Shown: in pieces, positions 37,765 to 47,468 of the stretch
Position numbering within the stretch: the first letter of the stretch is position 1
Layout of the letters: every line of letters begins with the position of its first letter
Virus record (IMG/VR): IMGVR_UViG_3300017917_004222
Span: 32,001 to 96,000 of that record
Source: a virus
DNA: 64,000 nucleotides
Strand: one strand, 5' to 3'
The notes under the pieces: generated by a model
The model's database searches: none
What the model was told of the DNA's origin: nothing
Seen by the model: only the letters and a program-made list of their open reading frames with translations
Program-made: the position numbers and the translations under genes

Positions 37765-40323
37765 ATGGCTGAACAAGATTTATCAAGAATGCAAGAACTT
37801 TTGGCGCAAGTCAATCGCGAATACGAGCAGTTTGGCCGTGTGCTGCCAGAAACACGTCGAGCACTGGATTCGGCTACAACTGGAGTCAAGAACTTTGACA
37901 TGCAACTGGACTTGGCTGCCAATGCAGCCCGCGGTGTTGTGGGGGCTGTGACTGGTTATACCAAGGCCATGTACAACGGTGAGCGCGGCATGCGAGCGTT
38001 CAACAGCAGTATCGACAGCATGGCTGGTGCAGTTCAGTCAGCATCGGCCAGTCTTGGCCAGGTGCTGCCTGGGGCAATAGGTATAGCAGTTTCATCATTG
38101 GGATTCCTAGCTGGCGAATTAATGAAGGCCAGCAAGGTAATAGGCGAGCAAGCGGACCTATCATACGACGCATACAAACAGTTGGCTCAAAGCGGCGCTG
38201 CCGCTGGCGATGGCATGACCGGGGTATTTGAAGGTCTGCAAAAAATGGGCCTGGGAGTCAAAGAAGCCGCCAGTTATGTGCAGTTGTTCAACAGCAATGC
38301 CGACACCATGGCCCAGTTTGGCAGTACCGTGGCCAACGGTCGAAAGATCTTTGAAAACACTGTGGCCGAGATGGTGCCGTTCCGTGAGCAATTGCGAGCC
38401 ATGGGTATAGAGCAAGAAGCTCAGAACGAAGCGGTCATGACCTATGTCAAGATTCAAAACCGCCTCAATATCCAAACTCGCGACAACACTGCCATAACTG
38501 GCGCTGCAGCCATGGCCTACATCAAGGAAATGGACCTGCTGACCAAGCTCACCGGCATGAGCGCCAAACAGCAGGAAGAGATTGTTAATGAGGCCATGCG
38601 GCACCAGGTGTTTGGCTCCGTGGTTGATCAAATGATATCAAACAACCAAGAAGACGCTGCCAAACTGTTGCAGGCGGGTTTGAAAATGGCCACTGCTATC
38701 GGTAATGATCTCGGAGAGGCTTGGAAAGGTGTAGCATCTGGAATGATCACTGACGAAGCTGCACGCAAAGGTATGATGAGTACCAACGCTGAAATTGCTT
38801 TCGTGATTGAACGAATCAAAACCGGGCAGATCAAGAACATGGAGGAACTGGCTCGCGCCTTCCAGGGCCTGGCTGGCACAATGGCTCAAAACAAAGAAAT
38901 AATGTCCGGTGCTTTCCAGACCAAGGCCGCTGAAGAGTTCTTTCTGTCATTTTCAAGCCACTCCAATGCTGTCAAGTTTGCAGCAAACAACTACTCCGAA
39001 GCTCTGCAGCAGGCCATGGATCAGCAAGATCGGCAAACAGGTGCAAATGGCCGCCAGATGGACGAAGCAACAGCCAATTACGCTCGTGCGCTGGCAGCAC
39101 AGCAAGAGGCCATGCTAGTTGAGCAAAAAACTGTGCAGTTGGCAGTGGGCGGATATGTTGAAGCAGCCGCGGCCACAGCCGAAGCACATGCAGAATTGGC
39201 ACATAAAGCATACGATGCAGCACGGGAATTGGCCAATCTGGGTCTAGGAGCAGATGCAACCAAAGAAAAAATCAAGGCACAGTCAGACCTCAACTGGGAA
39301 TCATTGACTGGTACGTCGCTGATAGTGAGTGGCATAGCTCGAACTGTTGAAAGGATTCTCCGAGTTACATCGGCTGTAATTGGGACGTTTAGTAGCAAGA
39401 TAGAAGAAGTTCTCGATGATCTTGCTGACACAGCAGAAAGAGAACGGGTCAAGTCAGAAAATATTGAACTCATGGGCCAAGGCCGGTTCGTTGAAGCCAA
39501 GCCTGAGTCATACAGCGCGGTAAAAGACGCTGGCGGCATGAGGGCAGCTGCTGATGCAACAGCCATGACCACCTCAGGACTCAAACAATACGGACTCAAA
39601 TTAAGAACTGATGCCCGCGGAAACCACGGTGATATACAAGTAGAAGGCGCACCAGTCAGCGCCAAGCTCTTGGATTTGGCAAGAAGCATACAAGGGAACA
39701 TCAAAGGTTTTGCACATTTTACTGGGTTCAACGATGCATATCATCAAAAACACAAGCCCAAAAGCAAGCACACTGCTGGCTTCGCACTGGATTTTGAATT
39801 GGCCGAAGGACAAAAACCATCTATTGAAGAAGGCAAGAAAATTGTTGAGGAACTCAAGCGCCTGGGTGCTGCATATGCCAAAGACGAGTACAACTTCCCC
39901 AGTGACGGCGCTGTAGGAAAAGGGCACTTTCACGTGGAAGTGGCTCTAGCCAAAGGTGGTTTGGTGCAGCAACCCACAGTGGCCCTGGTGGGAGAAAAAG
40001 GTCCCGAGGCTGTGGTTCCCTTGGATCGCATGTTTGACGACATCAAGGATCTCATGGAAGTGTCGAGACCACGAGTTGAAATGGCATCAGACTTCCCCGA
40101 CATGATGGCCGAAATAATGACAGTGGCCAATCAAAACGCTCCAGTTTTTGATACCGAAGGCATTACTGAATCGCTCAAGCAGACCGTGACAGACCTCACA
40201 AGATCCAACAGTCGCAGCATCAACGCTGGATTCGAAGCCTTGATTTCGGAGATTCGTGGATTGACATCGGTGAACAAAAATCTCGTGGATATCCAAGAGA
40301 AGATACTCCGCATGCAAACTTGA
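37765..40323 (+). CDS. Tape measure protein with an M15-like peptidase domain
   Basis: Ala/Gln-rich helical body; 'SKHTAGFALD...HFHV' zinc motif; 'A.GG.V..PT.ALVGEKGPEAVVPL' motif. Confidence 0.75.
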   Translation: MAEQDLSRMQELLAQVNREYEQFGRVLPETRRALDSATTGVKNFDMQLDLAANAARGVVGAVTGYTKAMYNGERGMRAFNSSIDSMAGAVQSASASLGQVLPGAIGIAVSSLGFLAGELMKASKVIGEQADLSYDAYKQLAQSGAAAGDGMTGVFEGLQKMGLGVKEAASYVQLFNSNADTMAQFGSTVANGRKIFENTVAEMVPFREQLRAMGIEQEAQNEAVMTYVKIQNRLNIQTRDNTAITGAAAMAYIKEMDLLTKLTGMSAKQQEEIVNEAMRHQVFGSVVDQMISNNQEDAAKLLQAGLKMATAIGNDLGEAWKGVASGMITDEAARKGMMSTNAEIAFVIERIKTGQIKNMEELARAFQGLAGTMAQNKEIMSGAFQTKAAEEFFLSFSSHSNAVKFAANNYSEALQQAMDQQDRQTGANGRQMDEATANYARALAAQQEAMLVEQKTVQLAVGGYVEAAAATAEAHAELAHKAYDAARELANLGLGADATKEKIKAQSDLNWESLTGTSLIVSGIARTVERILRVTSAVIGTFSSKIEEVLDDLADTAERERVKSENIELMGQGRFVEAKPESYSAVKDAGGMRAAADATAMTTSGLKQYGLKLRTDARGNHGDIQVEGAPVSAKLLDLARSIQGNIKGFAHFTGFNDAYHQKHKPKSKHTAGFALDFELAEGQKPSIEEGKKIVEELKRLGAAYAKDEYNFPSDGAVGKGHFHVEVALAKGGLVQQPTVALVGEKGPEAVVPLDRMFDDIKDLMEVSRPRVEMASDFPDMMAEIMTVANQNAPVFDTEGITESLKQTVTDLTRSNSRSINAGFEALISEIRGLTSVNKNLVDIQEKILRMQT

Positions 40324-40427
40324 CCACGGTAAATAACTCACTATGCTAGAGCAAAATTACGTGTGTCCACACCGGGTCAAGCCCCAGGCGATGCCCGTTG
40401 AAACAACAGAATTGATGGGGCAAACCA

Positions 40428-42236
40428 ATGGCTGACAAGAAGAATGCCTCATGGCGCAAGTATTTCAAGGTCGCTGACACCTCAGGTGTGATGAGCCCAA
40501 TTTCGGGCAGTAACCAATATGGCCTTCCGGGCTATGGCAAAAACGACGGATCTGGCTCAACCACAGCTGATTTTACTTTCAAGAACTATGCCAGCCGCTT
40601 GCCTGAAGTGTATTCGGGCCACCCCAACCGTGTGGAGCGTTACAACCAGTACGAAAACATGGACATGGATTCGGAAATCAACGCCTGCTTGGACATCATT
40701 GCTGAATTCAGCACACAGATGAACCTGGACAACGGCACACCGTTTGAGGTCGAGTACACTGACAAGCCCACTGATCACGAAGTCAACATCATACGCAAAC
40801 AGTTGCAACAGTGGGTCAAGCTCAACCAGTTGGATCAGCGCATATTCAAACTGTTCCGCAACACCATCAAGTATGGCGATCAAGTGTTTGTTCGTGACCC
40901 CGAAACATTTGAAATGTACTGGGTGGACATGAGCAAGGTCATGCGTGTGATCGTTAACGAAAGCGAAGGCAAACGTCCCGAACAGTATGTGATTCGAGAC
41001 ATCAACCCCAATTTTCAAAGCCTCAGCATAGCGCAGAAAACCACCACGGACTACATGACCAATCCAGTTACTGGTACTATTTCGGGGTCAGCAAACTACA
41101 CCATGCCCAACGGCGGTGTTGGCGGCGGGGTAGGCAATTCACGCTTTATGACTGCCATGAACGAGACTTGCATTGACGCCAAGCATGTGGTGCACCTGAG
41201 TCTCAACGAGGGCTTGGATGTGTTTTGGCCGTTTGGTCGCAGTGTGTTGGAACAGATTTACAAGGTTTTCAAGCAGAAAGAACTGCTGGAAGACGCTATC
41301 TTGATCTATCGTGTGAGTCGTGCTCCGGAACGCAGAGTGTTCAAAATTGACGTGGGCAACATGCCTAGCCACTTGGCTATGGCGTTTGTGGAACGTGTCA
41401 AAAACGAGATGCATCAGCGTCGTATCCCCACTGTGGCCGGTGGCGGACAGAACATGATGGATGCCAGCTACAACCCGCTCAGCATCAACGAAGACTACTT
41501 CTTCCCCCAAGGTCAAGACGGCCGTGGATCTAGTGTTGATGTGCTGCCTGCTGGCGCAAACCTAGGCGAAATCGACGACCTCAAGTACTTCAACAACAAA
41601 ATGGCCCGTGGTCTGCGTGTGCCCTCCAGCTATCTGCCCACTGGTCCGGATGACTCAGATCGCAGTCTCAGCGATGGCAAAGTGGGCACAGCCCTGATTC
41701 AAGAGTATCGTTTCAACCAATACTGCGAGCGTTTGCAAGGACACATTGCACAGAAGTTGGACGACGAATTCAAGATGTTCTTGAAGTGGCGCGGTTTCAA
41801 TATTGATTCCAGCCTGTTCAACATCAAGTTTGCACCACCACAGAACTTTGCCAGCTATCGCCAGGCCGAGCTAGACACCACACGAATTCAAGCATTCAGC
41901 AGCCTTGAAGCACTGCCCTACATGAGCAAGCGTTTCTTGATGGAACGATTCCTGGGCTTGAGCGAGGACGAGATTAGAAAGAACGAAGAAATGTGGCGTG
42001 AAGAGCGAGATCAGCCCGAAGTGCAAACCACATCTGGACAAGATCTTCGCAGTATCGGTATCACCCCAGGCGGTATTGAATCTGACCTTGACATGGGTCA
42101 AGAAATGGCTGGCCTGGAGCAAGCTGGTGCCATGCCCGGTGCTGCGCCTGGCGCCATGCCCGGTGCTGCTCCTGGTGGCGCGCCTGGTGGAGTTTTGCCA
42201 GCATCGGGAACACCGCCAGCACCAGGTTCGGTATAA
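40428..42236 (+). CDS. gp20: Portal protein gp20
   Basis: 'LLEDAILIYRVSRAPERRVFKIDVGNMP', 'EDYFFP...GRGSSV..LP', 'L.VPSS.L'; upstream TAAATA at 40330-40335. Confidence 0.95.
   Translation: MADKKNASWRKYFKVADTSGVMSPISGSNQYGLPGYGKNDGSGSTTADFTFKNYASRLPEVYSGHPNRVERYNQYENMDMDSEINACLDIIAEFSTQMNLDNGTPFEVEYTDKPTDHEVNIIRKQLQQWVKLNQLDQRIFKLFRNTIKYGDQVFVRDPETFEMYWVDMSKVMRVIVNESEGKRPEQYVIRDINPNFQSLSIAQKTTTDYMTNPVTGTISGSANYTMPNGGVGGGVGNSRFMTAMNETCIDAKHVVHLSLNEGLDVFWPFGRSVLEQIYKVFKQKELLEDAILIYRVSRAPERRVFKIDVGNMPSHLAMAFVERVKNEMHQRRIPTVAGGGQNMMDASYNPLSINEDYFFPQGQDGRGSSVDVLPAGANLGEIDDLKYFNNKMARGLRVPSSYLPTGPDDSDRSLSDGKVGTALIQEYRFNQYCERLQGHIAQKLDDEFKMFLKWRGFNIDSSLFNIKFAPPQNFASYRQAELDTTRIQAFSSLEALPYMSKRFLMERFLGLSEDEIRKNEEMWREERDQPEVQTTSGQDLRSIGITPGGIESDLDMGQEMAGLEQAGAMPGAAPGAMPGAAPGGAPGGVLPASGTPPAPGSV
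42126..42173 (+). repeat. 24-bp tandem repeat encoding GAMPGAAP x2 in the portal tail
   Basis: GG(T/C)GCCATGCCCGGTGCTGC(G/T)CCT twice. Confidence 0.8.
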
Positions 42237-42244
42237 ATATCAAC

Positions 42245-42478
42245 ATGCTGCTAAACGAATTTTCCAACTCTGGCGCCATCAGCAAAGAGCCCGATGCTTA
42301 CCAGGATCTTGCTGATGACAACAGCCAAGTCAAACTCAGTGACCTGAGAAAGACGCGCCTTACCCTGCGGCAACTGAACAAACTTCGCAAAATGAACGAC
42401 GTGCGGTCGGTGGAATACAAGGAAAAACTGAAACTGTTGCGTCAACAGTATGCACCGCCTGCTGCCCCAATGATGTAA
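42245..42478 (+). CDS. Small head-module protein (77 aa)
   Basis: 'RKTRLTLRQLNKLRKMNDVR'; perfect TATAAATA at 42232-42239. Confidence 0.75.
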   Translation: MLLNEFSNSGAISKEPDAYQDLADDNSQVKLSDLRKTRLTLRQLNKLRKMNDVRSVEYKEKLKLLRQQYAPPAAPMM

Positions 42479-42501
42479 AAATCGCAATTTATCGCAAATT
42501 T

Positions 42502-42526
42502 GACGCTGTAATCCGCGTCTTTTTTT
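42502..42526 (+). terminator. Probable intrinsic terminator
   Basis: GACGC...GCGTC stem followed by T7. Confidence 0.45.
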
Positions 42527-42574
42527 GCTGCGATGTAAATATCAGTACACTTTACCTAACAGGAGTTTCCCCTT

Positions 42575-43354
42575 ATGAACAAATTTGAACAGTTGATTGA
42601 ATACGTGATCAACGATGAAGAAAGCAAAGCTCGCGAGCTGTTCCACGAAATCGTGGTTGAAAAGAGTCGTACCATCTACGAAAGTCTCATGGACGATGAA
42701 GACCTCGGCGGCGATGCTGCTGATGACTTGATTGATGAAGTTGAGTCTGAAGAAGAGTCCGACATCAACATGGAAGCCGAAGGCGACGAAGAGATCGATG
42801 ATGAAGAAATCGACATCGACATGGGCGACGACCTAGGCGATGACATGGGCGACGACCTAGGCGATGACCACCACGACGATGTGGGCGGTGACGAAGAGCT
42901 CGAAGACCGCGTGATGGACCTGGAAGACAAGCTGGACGAACTCATGGCCGAATTTGAAGAACTCATGGGCGACGAAGGTGGCGACATGGGCGACGGCGAT
43001 GACTTTGGCGATGACGAAGGCGGCGATGCCATTGAAATGGACGACACCGAAGAAATGGAGCCCATGGCTGAAGCCATCAGTCTCAAGGCCGCTCCCAAGC
43101 CAGTGACATCTGAACAAGGTGACGGAAAGGCAGGACCTGTTGCATTCAACAGCGGCGCTGCTGGTATGGCAGCCAAGCCTGTGCACCCAACTGGCACTGA
43201 AGCACAAGGCCGTGCAGCCCCCACAACCAAGGATCTGATTGGTGACTTCCAGAACAAAGCTGGCGCCAGCATGAAAGATCAAAAAGCGGCTCCCAAGCCA
43301 ACAACTGGTCAGGCCAGCGGCGTTAACACCCGCACACCTTTCCCGAAGGGTTAA
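42575..43354 (+). CDS. Acidic prohead core/scaffold-type protein
   Basis: Very Asp/Glu-rich; between portal and protease; AGGAG SD; TAAATA at 42536-42541; 24-bp tandem repeat at 42818-42865. Confidence 0.7.
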   Translation: MNKFEQLIEYVINDEESKARELFHEIVVEKSRTIYESLMDDEDLGGDAADDLIDEVESEEESDINMEAEGDEEIDDEEIDIDMGDDLGDDMGDDLGDDHHDDVGGDEELEDRVMDLEDKLDELMAEFEELMGDEGGDMGDGDDFGDDEGGDAIEMDDTEEMEPMAEAISLKAAPKPVTSEQGDGKAGPVAFNSGAAGMAAKPVHPTGTEAQGRAAPTTKDLIGDFQNKAGASMKDQKAAPKPTTGQASGVNTRTPFPKG

Positions 43355-43358
43355 TTGA

Positions 43359-44000
43359 ATGTCGTCTCGTTACCTAAGAGAAGATCTTACTTTTGTCCAG
43401 GCCAACATTCAGGTTCTTGAGGAATCTGATGCGGCCACCGGCGGTAAGAATCTGTATCTCAAGGGCATTTGCATTGAAGGCGACAAGCGCAATGCAAACG
43501 AGCGAATCTATCCACGCCACGAGATCATCAAGGCAGTTGAAACCATTAACGAACAAATCCGCAATGGCAACTCTGTATTAGGTGAAGTGGACCATCCGGA
43601 TGATCTCAAAATCAACCTTGACCGAGTGTGTCACTCGGTCGAGAGTATGTGGATGGACGGACATGCCGGCTGCGGCAAACTCAAAATATTGCCCACCCCC
43701 ATGGGCAACCTTATCAAAACATTGCTACAATCTGGCGTGAAACTGGGTGTTTCCAGTCGCGGTAGTGGCAACGTGGATGATAGGACCGGACATGTAAGTG
43801 ACTTTGAAATTGTCACTATAGATGTGGTTGCTCAACCCAGCGCCCCCAACGCATACCCAACCGCGGTGTACGAAGGACTCATGAACATGCGACACGGTCA
43901 CCGTGTCCTGGATATGGCTCGTGAAGCTGGTCAAAGTGACAAAGTGCAGAGATACTTGGCCGAGGAAGTAAAACGCCTTATCCGGGATCTCAAAATCTAA
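43359..44000 (+). CDS. gp21: Prohead protease gp21
   Basis: 'N.N.RIYP', 'LGEVDHP', 'TPMG', 'GVSSRGSG', 'DVVAQPSAPNA'. Confidence 0.95.
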   Translation: MSSRYLREDLTFVQANIQVLEESDAATGGKNLYLKGICIEGDKRNANERIYPRHEIIKAVETINEQIRNGNSVLGEVDHPDDLKINLDRVCHSVESMWMDGHAGCGKLKILPTPMGNLIKTLLQSGVKLGVSSRGSGNVDDRTGHVSDFEIVTIDVVAQPSAPNAYPTAVYEGLMNMRHGHRVLDMAREAGQSDKVQRYLAEEVKRLIRDLKI

Positions 44001-44012
44001 GGAGAATCAGGA

Positions 44013-45110
44013 ATGTTTGATGCAATCAAACCCTTGCTTGAGAGCGGACTGATCAATGAGGACATCGGAAGAGAACTCAACGAAGCTTGGGAATCAAAAC
44101 TAGGCGAAGCCCGTGAACAAGTGCGTGCCGAACTCCGCGAGGAGTTTGCACAACGCTACGATCATGACAAGAGTGTCATGGTTGAAGCCTTAGATAAAAT
44201 GGTAACTGAAGGTCTGCAGGCAGAACTGCAAGCCTTTGCTGCTGAAAAGCAAGCATTGGCCGAAGATCGCGTGAAGTTCCAAGTCAAGATGAAAGAAAGT
44301 GCCACCAAGTTCAACAACTTCTTGGTCACCAAATTGGCTGAAGAAATCAGCGAGCTGCGCAAAGACCGCAAAGTGCATGCAGAAGGACTAGCCAAGCTAG
44401 AAAACTTCATGGTGCATGCGCTGGCTCGTGAAATTCAAGAATTCGCACAAGACAAGCGTGCAGTGGTGGAAACCAAAGTCCGCCTGGTGCGCGAAGCTCG
44501 TGAAAAACTTGAAACACTCAAGGCTCGCTTTGTAAAAGAAAGTGCTGCCAAGATGAGCCGTGCAGTTAGCCTGCATCTCAAGGCTGAATTGACACAGTTG
44601 CAAGAAGACATCAAGGTTGCTCGTGAGAACAGCTTTGGACGTCGTATCTTTGAAGCTTATGCTGCTGAATTTGGCGCTACTCACCTCAATGAGAAAGCCG
44701 AAGTCAAGAAGCTCTACAACATGTTGGCCGACAAGGACCGTAAATTGTCCGAAGCCATCAAACTCAGCGAGCGTGCGAGAGCCGTGGTTGAGTCCAAAGA
44801 ACGCGAAGTACGCATGCTTAAAGAAAGCAACGAGCGTGAAGCTACCATGCGTGAACTGCTGGCCCCTCTCAACAAGGACAAGGCCGAAGTCATGCGTAAT
44901 TTGCTCGAGAGCGTTCAAACTCCACGTTTGAAGTCAGCTTTTGAAAAGTATCTACCAGCAGTGTTGGAAGATCGTTCTGCAAAAGCCCGCAAAGTGATTG
45001 CAGAATCGGTTACCGAAGTAACTGGTGATAAAACTGTTCCCACCCAGCATGAAGCAGATCGCAATGCATCCAGCAACGTGATTGACCTTAAGCGCCTGGC
45101 CGGGCTATAA
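44013..45110 (+). CDS. gp22: Prohead core scaffold gp22
   Basis: Long coiled coil between protease and major capsid; 'GRRIFEAY'. Confidence 0.85.
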   Translation: MFDAIKPLLESGLINEDIGRELNEAWESKLGEAREQVRAELREEFAQRYDHDKSVMVEALDKMVTEGLQAELQAFAAEKQALAEDRVKFQVKMKESATKFNNFLVTKLAEEISELRKDRKVHAEGLAKLENFMVHALAREIQEFAQDKRAVVETKVRLVREAREKLETLKARFVKESAAKMSRAVSLHLKAELTQLQEDIKVARENSFGRRIFEAYAAEFGATHLNEKAEVKKLYNMLADKDRKLSEAIKLSERARAVVESKEREVRMLKESNEREATMRELLAPLNKDKAEVMRNLLESVQTPRLKSAFEKYLPAVLEDRSAKARKVIAESVTEVTGDKTVPTQHEADRNASSNVIDLKRLAGL

Positions 45111-45127
45111 TTAAATAGGAGACTCTA

Positions 45128-46324
45128 ATGTCACAAGAACTACTCGAAAGTCGTTGGGATGAAACCAAAGAGGCCCTTCTCGAAGGCCTTAATGGTACCA
45201 AACGCAACAGCATGCGTGTTATCCTCGAGAACACACGCAAGTACCTGAAAGAAAACGCTTCTGCAGGTAGCACCACAGCTGGCAACATTGCCACCCTGAA
45301 CCGCGTGATCCTCCCAGTGATCCGACGTGTGATGCCAACCGTTATTGCTAACGAGTTGGTTGGTGTTCAGCCCATGACTGGTCCTGTTGGACAGATCCAC
45401 ACTCTGCGTGTGCGTTATGCCCAAAGCCTGACCGACACCAGCGCAGCCGCCACCAGCGTCACAGCTGGCCAGGAAGCTCTGAGCCCGTTCACCATCGCTA
45501 CTGCATACAGCACAGTGCCCAAAGACACTGCGTCTACCAACAGCTACACTGGTGGTAACACTGCTGTGATGGAAGGCAACGGCGGCAAGCAGATCTCCGT
45601 GCAGATCCTGAAGCAGGCTGTTGAAGCCAAGACCCGTAAGTTGCAAGCTCGTTGGACCTTTGAATCGGCCCAAGACGCTCAAGCCATGCACGGTATCGAC
45701 GTTGAAGCTGAAATCATGGCCGCTCTGGCTCAGGAAATCACAGCTGAAATTGACCAGGAAATCCTGTTGAGCCTGCGCTCACTGGCTGCTACTGAGTTCA
45801 CATACAACCAGGCTACCGTTAGCGGTACTGCTACTTTCGTTGGTGACGAACACGCCGCTCTGGCAGTTCTGATCAACCGCGTGGCAAACCTGATTGCTCA
45901 GCGTACACGTCGTGGTGCTGGTAACTACGCTGTGGTCAGCTCTGCTGCTCTCACAGTGCTGCAAAGCGCTACCACTTCGGCTTTTGCTCGTACCACTGAA
46001 GGTACTTTCGAAGCTCCTACCAACACCAAGTTTGTTGGTACACTGAACGGCGCAATGCGTGTGTTCGTTGACAGCTATGCCAGCGACACCACTCCTGTGC
46101 TGGTTGGTTACAAGGGCTCCAGCGAAGCTGACGCTCCTGCATTCTACTGCCCATACATCCCCTTGATGAGCAGTGGTGTTGTGTTGGATCCAACCACATT
46201 CGAACCAGTCGTGTCATTTATGACGAGATATGGGTACATCGAGTTGACAAATACTGCAAGTTCGTTCGGTAACGCGGGCGACTACGTGGGCGAAATTGCT
46301 GTTTCGAATTTGAGCTTCAGCTGA
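45128..46324 (+). CDS. gp23: Major capsid protein gp23
   Basis: 'VGVQPMTGPVGQI..LR', 'VEAKTRKLQARWT.E.AQD', 'EI.AEID.EI', 'FYCPYIPL', 'F.TRYG'. Confidence 0.97.
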   Translation: MSQELLESRWDETKEALLEGLNGTKRNSMRVILENTRKYLKENASAGSTTAGNIATLNRVILPVIRRVMPTVIANELVGVQPMTGPVGQIHTLRVRYAQSLTDTSAAATSVTAGQEALSPFTIATAYSTVPKDTASTNSYTGGNTAVMEGNGGKQISVQILKQAVEAKTRKLQARWTFESAQDAQAMHGIDVEAEIMAALAQEITAEIDQEILLSLRSLAATEFTYNQATVSGTATFVGDEHAALAVLINRVANLIAQRTRRGAGNYAVVSSAALTVLQSATTSAFARTTEGTFEAPTNTKFVGTLNGAMRVFVDSYASDTTPVLVGYKGSSEADAPAFYCPYIPLMSSGVVLDPTTFEPVVSFMTRYGYIELTNTASSFGNAGDYVGEIAVSNLSFS

Positions 46325-46350
46325 TCTTCGATTGGTATTTTACCAACTCA

Positions 46351-46376
46351 GAAAAAGGGCCACAAGGCCCTTTTTC
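46351..46376 (+). terminator. Intrinsic terminator after gp23
   Basis: GAAAAAGGGCC-ACAA-GGCCCTTTTTC. Confidence 0.85.
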
Positions 46377-46443
46377 ATTGACTTCTTTTCTGTAATGTGT
46401 TATTGTTATAAGGTGAAATCGCAGTGAGAAACTAAATAACAAT

Positions 46444-47208
46444 ATGAAACCTTATACCTATCTAATCAAACATCGTCCTTCGGGCAAAGTCTATTACGGA
46501 TTCCGCTGTGCAAATCGAGTGGAACCGCACGAAGACTTGTGGAAACATTACTTTACCAGTAGCCCTAAAATTCAGCAACTTATAGAAGAAACAGGCGCAG
46601 ACAGCTTTGATACAGAAATACGTCGAGTGTTTGAAACCAAAGAACAAGCTGTGGCTTGGGAAACTCGTGTGCTGACTCGATGCAAAGTTCTACATGACGA
46701 TCGTTGGATCAATCAAAACGTAGCAGGGTATATTGTGCCCACCGAGGAAAGCCGAAAGAAGATCAGCGACTTCCACAAAGACAAACCCAAGAGCGAGGAC
46801 CATAAAGAAAAAATACGCCAAGGCAATCTTGGAAAAAAGAAGCCGCCTCGTAGCGAAGAATATAGAGCTCTGATGTCTACGTTAAAATCAGGAGAGAATA
46901 ATCCAAGGTACGGCAAAGAAGTATCAGAGGAAACTCGACGTCGAATCAGCGAAGCCAAGAAGGGCAAACAGGTAGCACATAACAAAGGACAGGCTATGAG
47001 TGAAGAACAAAAAGCCAAGATACGTGCCGCCAAAGCTGCTAACCCTGTCAAGATGAGTGCAGAATCAATTCAAGCAAGAGCTGATAAACTACGAGGACAA
47101 CGTCGACCCAAGCTGCACTGTGGTCACTGTGGTAGAGACATTGCAGCAGGCTGGTTTCACCGGCACGGTGATCAGTGCAAACACCGCGGCAGTAGCGCCC
47201 AGGACTGA
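46444..47208 (+). mobile_element. Seg-like GIY-YIG homing endonuclease with NUMOD3 repeats
   Basis: 'PYTYLI...YYG.R...Y.TSS' catalytic domain; 'SEETRRRISEAKKG'-type repeats; C-terminal CxxC. Confidence 0.8.
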
Positions 47209-47221
47209 ATCAACCGCCAAC

Positions 47222-47246
47222 AAAAAAGGGCCCGGGGGCCCTTCTT
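47222..47246. terminator. Bidirectional intrinsic terminator
   Basis: AAGGGCCC-GG-GGGCCCTT; T6 on the minus strand, TTCTT on the plus strand. Confidence 0.75.
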
Positions 47247-47433
47247 GTAACAACCGTCGATGCGTTTGAAATGCATTGGCAGTTGATCAAGTAACTCAAA
47301 ATCGACGGAACATCAGTGCTGGTCAGGCAACGAGTGGCCCTTTGTTTCAATAATATTGTTGTTTAACGACCTTGTTTATTTATTTTCAATCTTGGTTACT
47401 TGGGTACTGCATCAAGTCTCAATATCATGCAGT
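47222..47433 (-). ncRNA. Candidate ~210-nt small RNA
   Basis: Bounded by a near-consensus sigma70 promoter and a U6 terminator; no SD-led ORF; 5' hairpin begins at the predicted +1. Confidence 0.55.
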
Positions 47434-47439
47434 GTGTGT

Positions 47440-47468
47440 ATTTTACATGTCGCAGTTGGCAGTGTCAA
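47440..47468 (-). promoter_or_regulatory. Sigma70 promoter
   Basis: TTGACA (47468-47463)-17 nt-TAAAAT (47445-47440). Confidence 0.75.

Noticed and set aside
46378-46406. TTGACT-17-TATTGT sigma70-like promoter before the Seg-like gene
   Set aside because: Weak -10 in AT-rich sequence; the TAAATA leaderless start explains expression more simply
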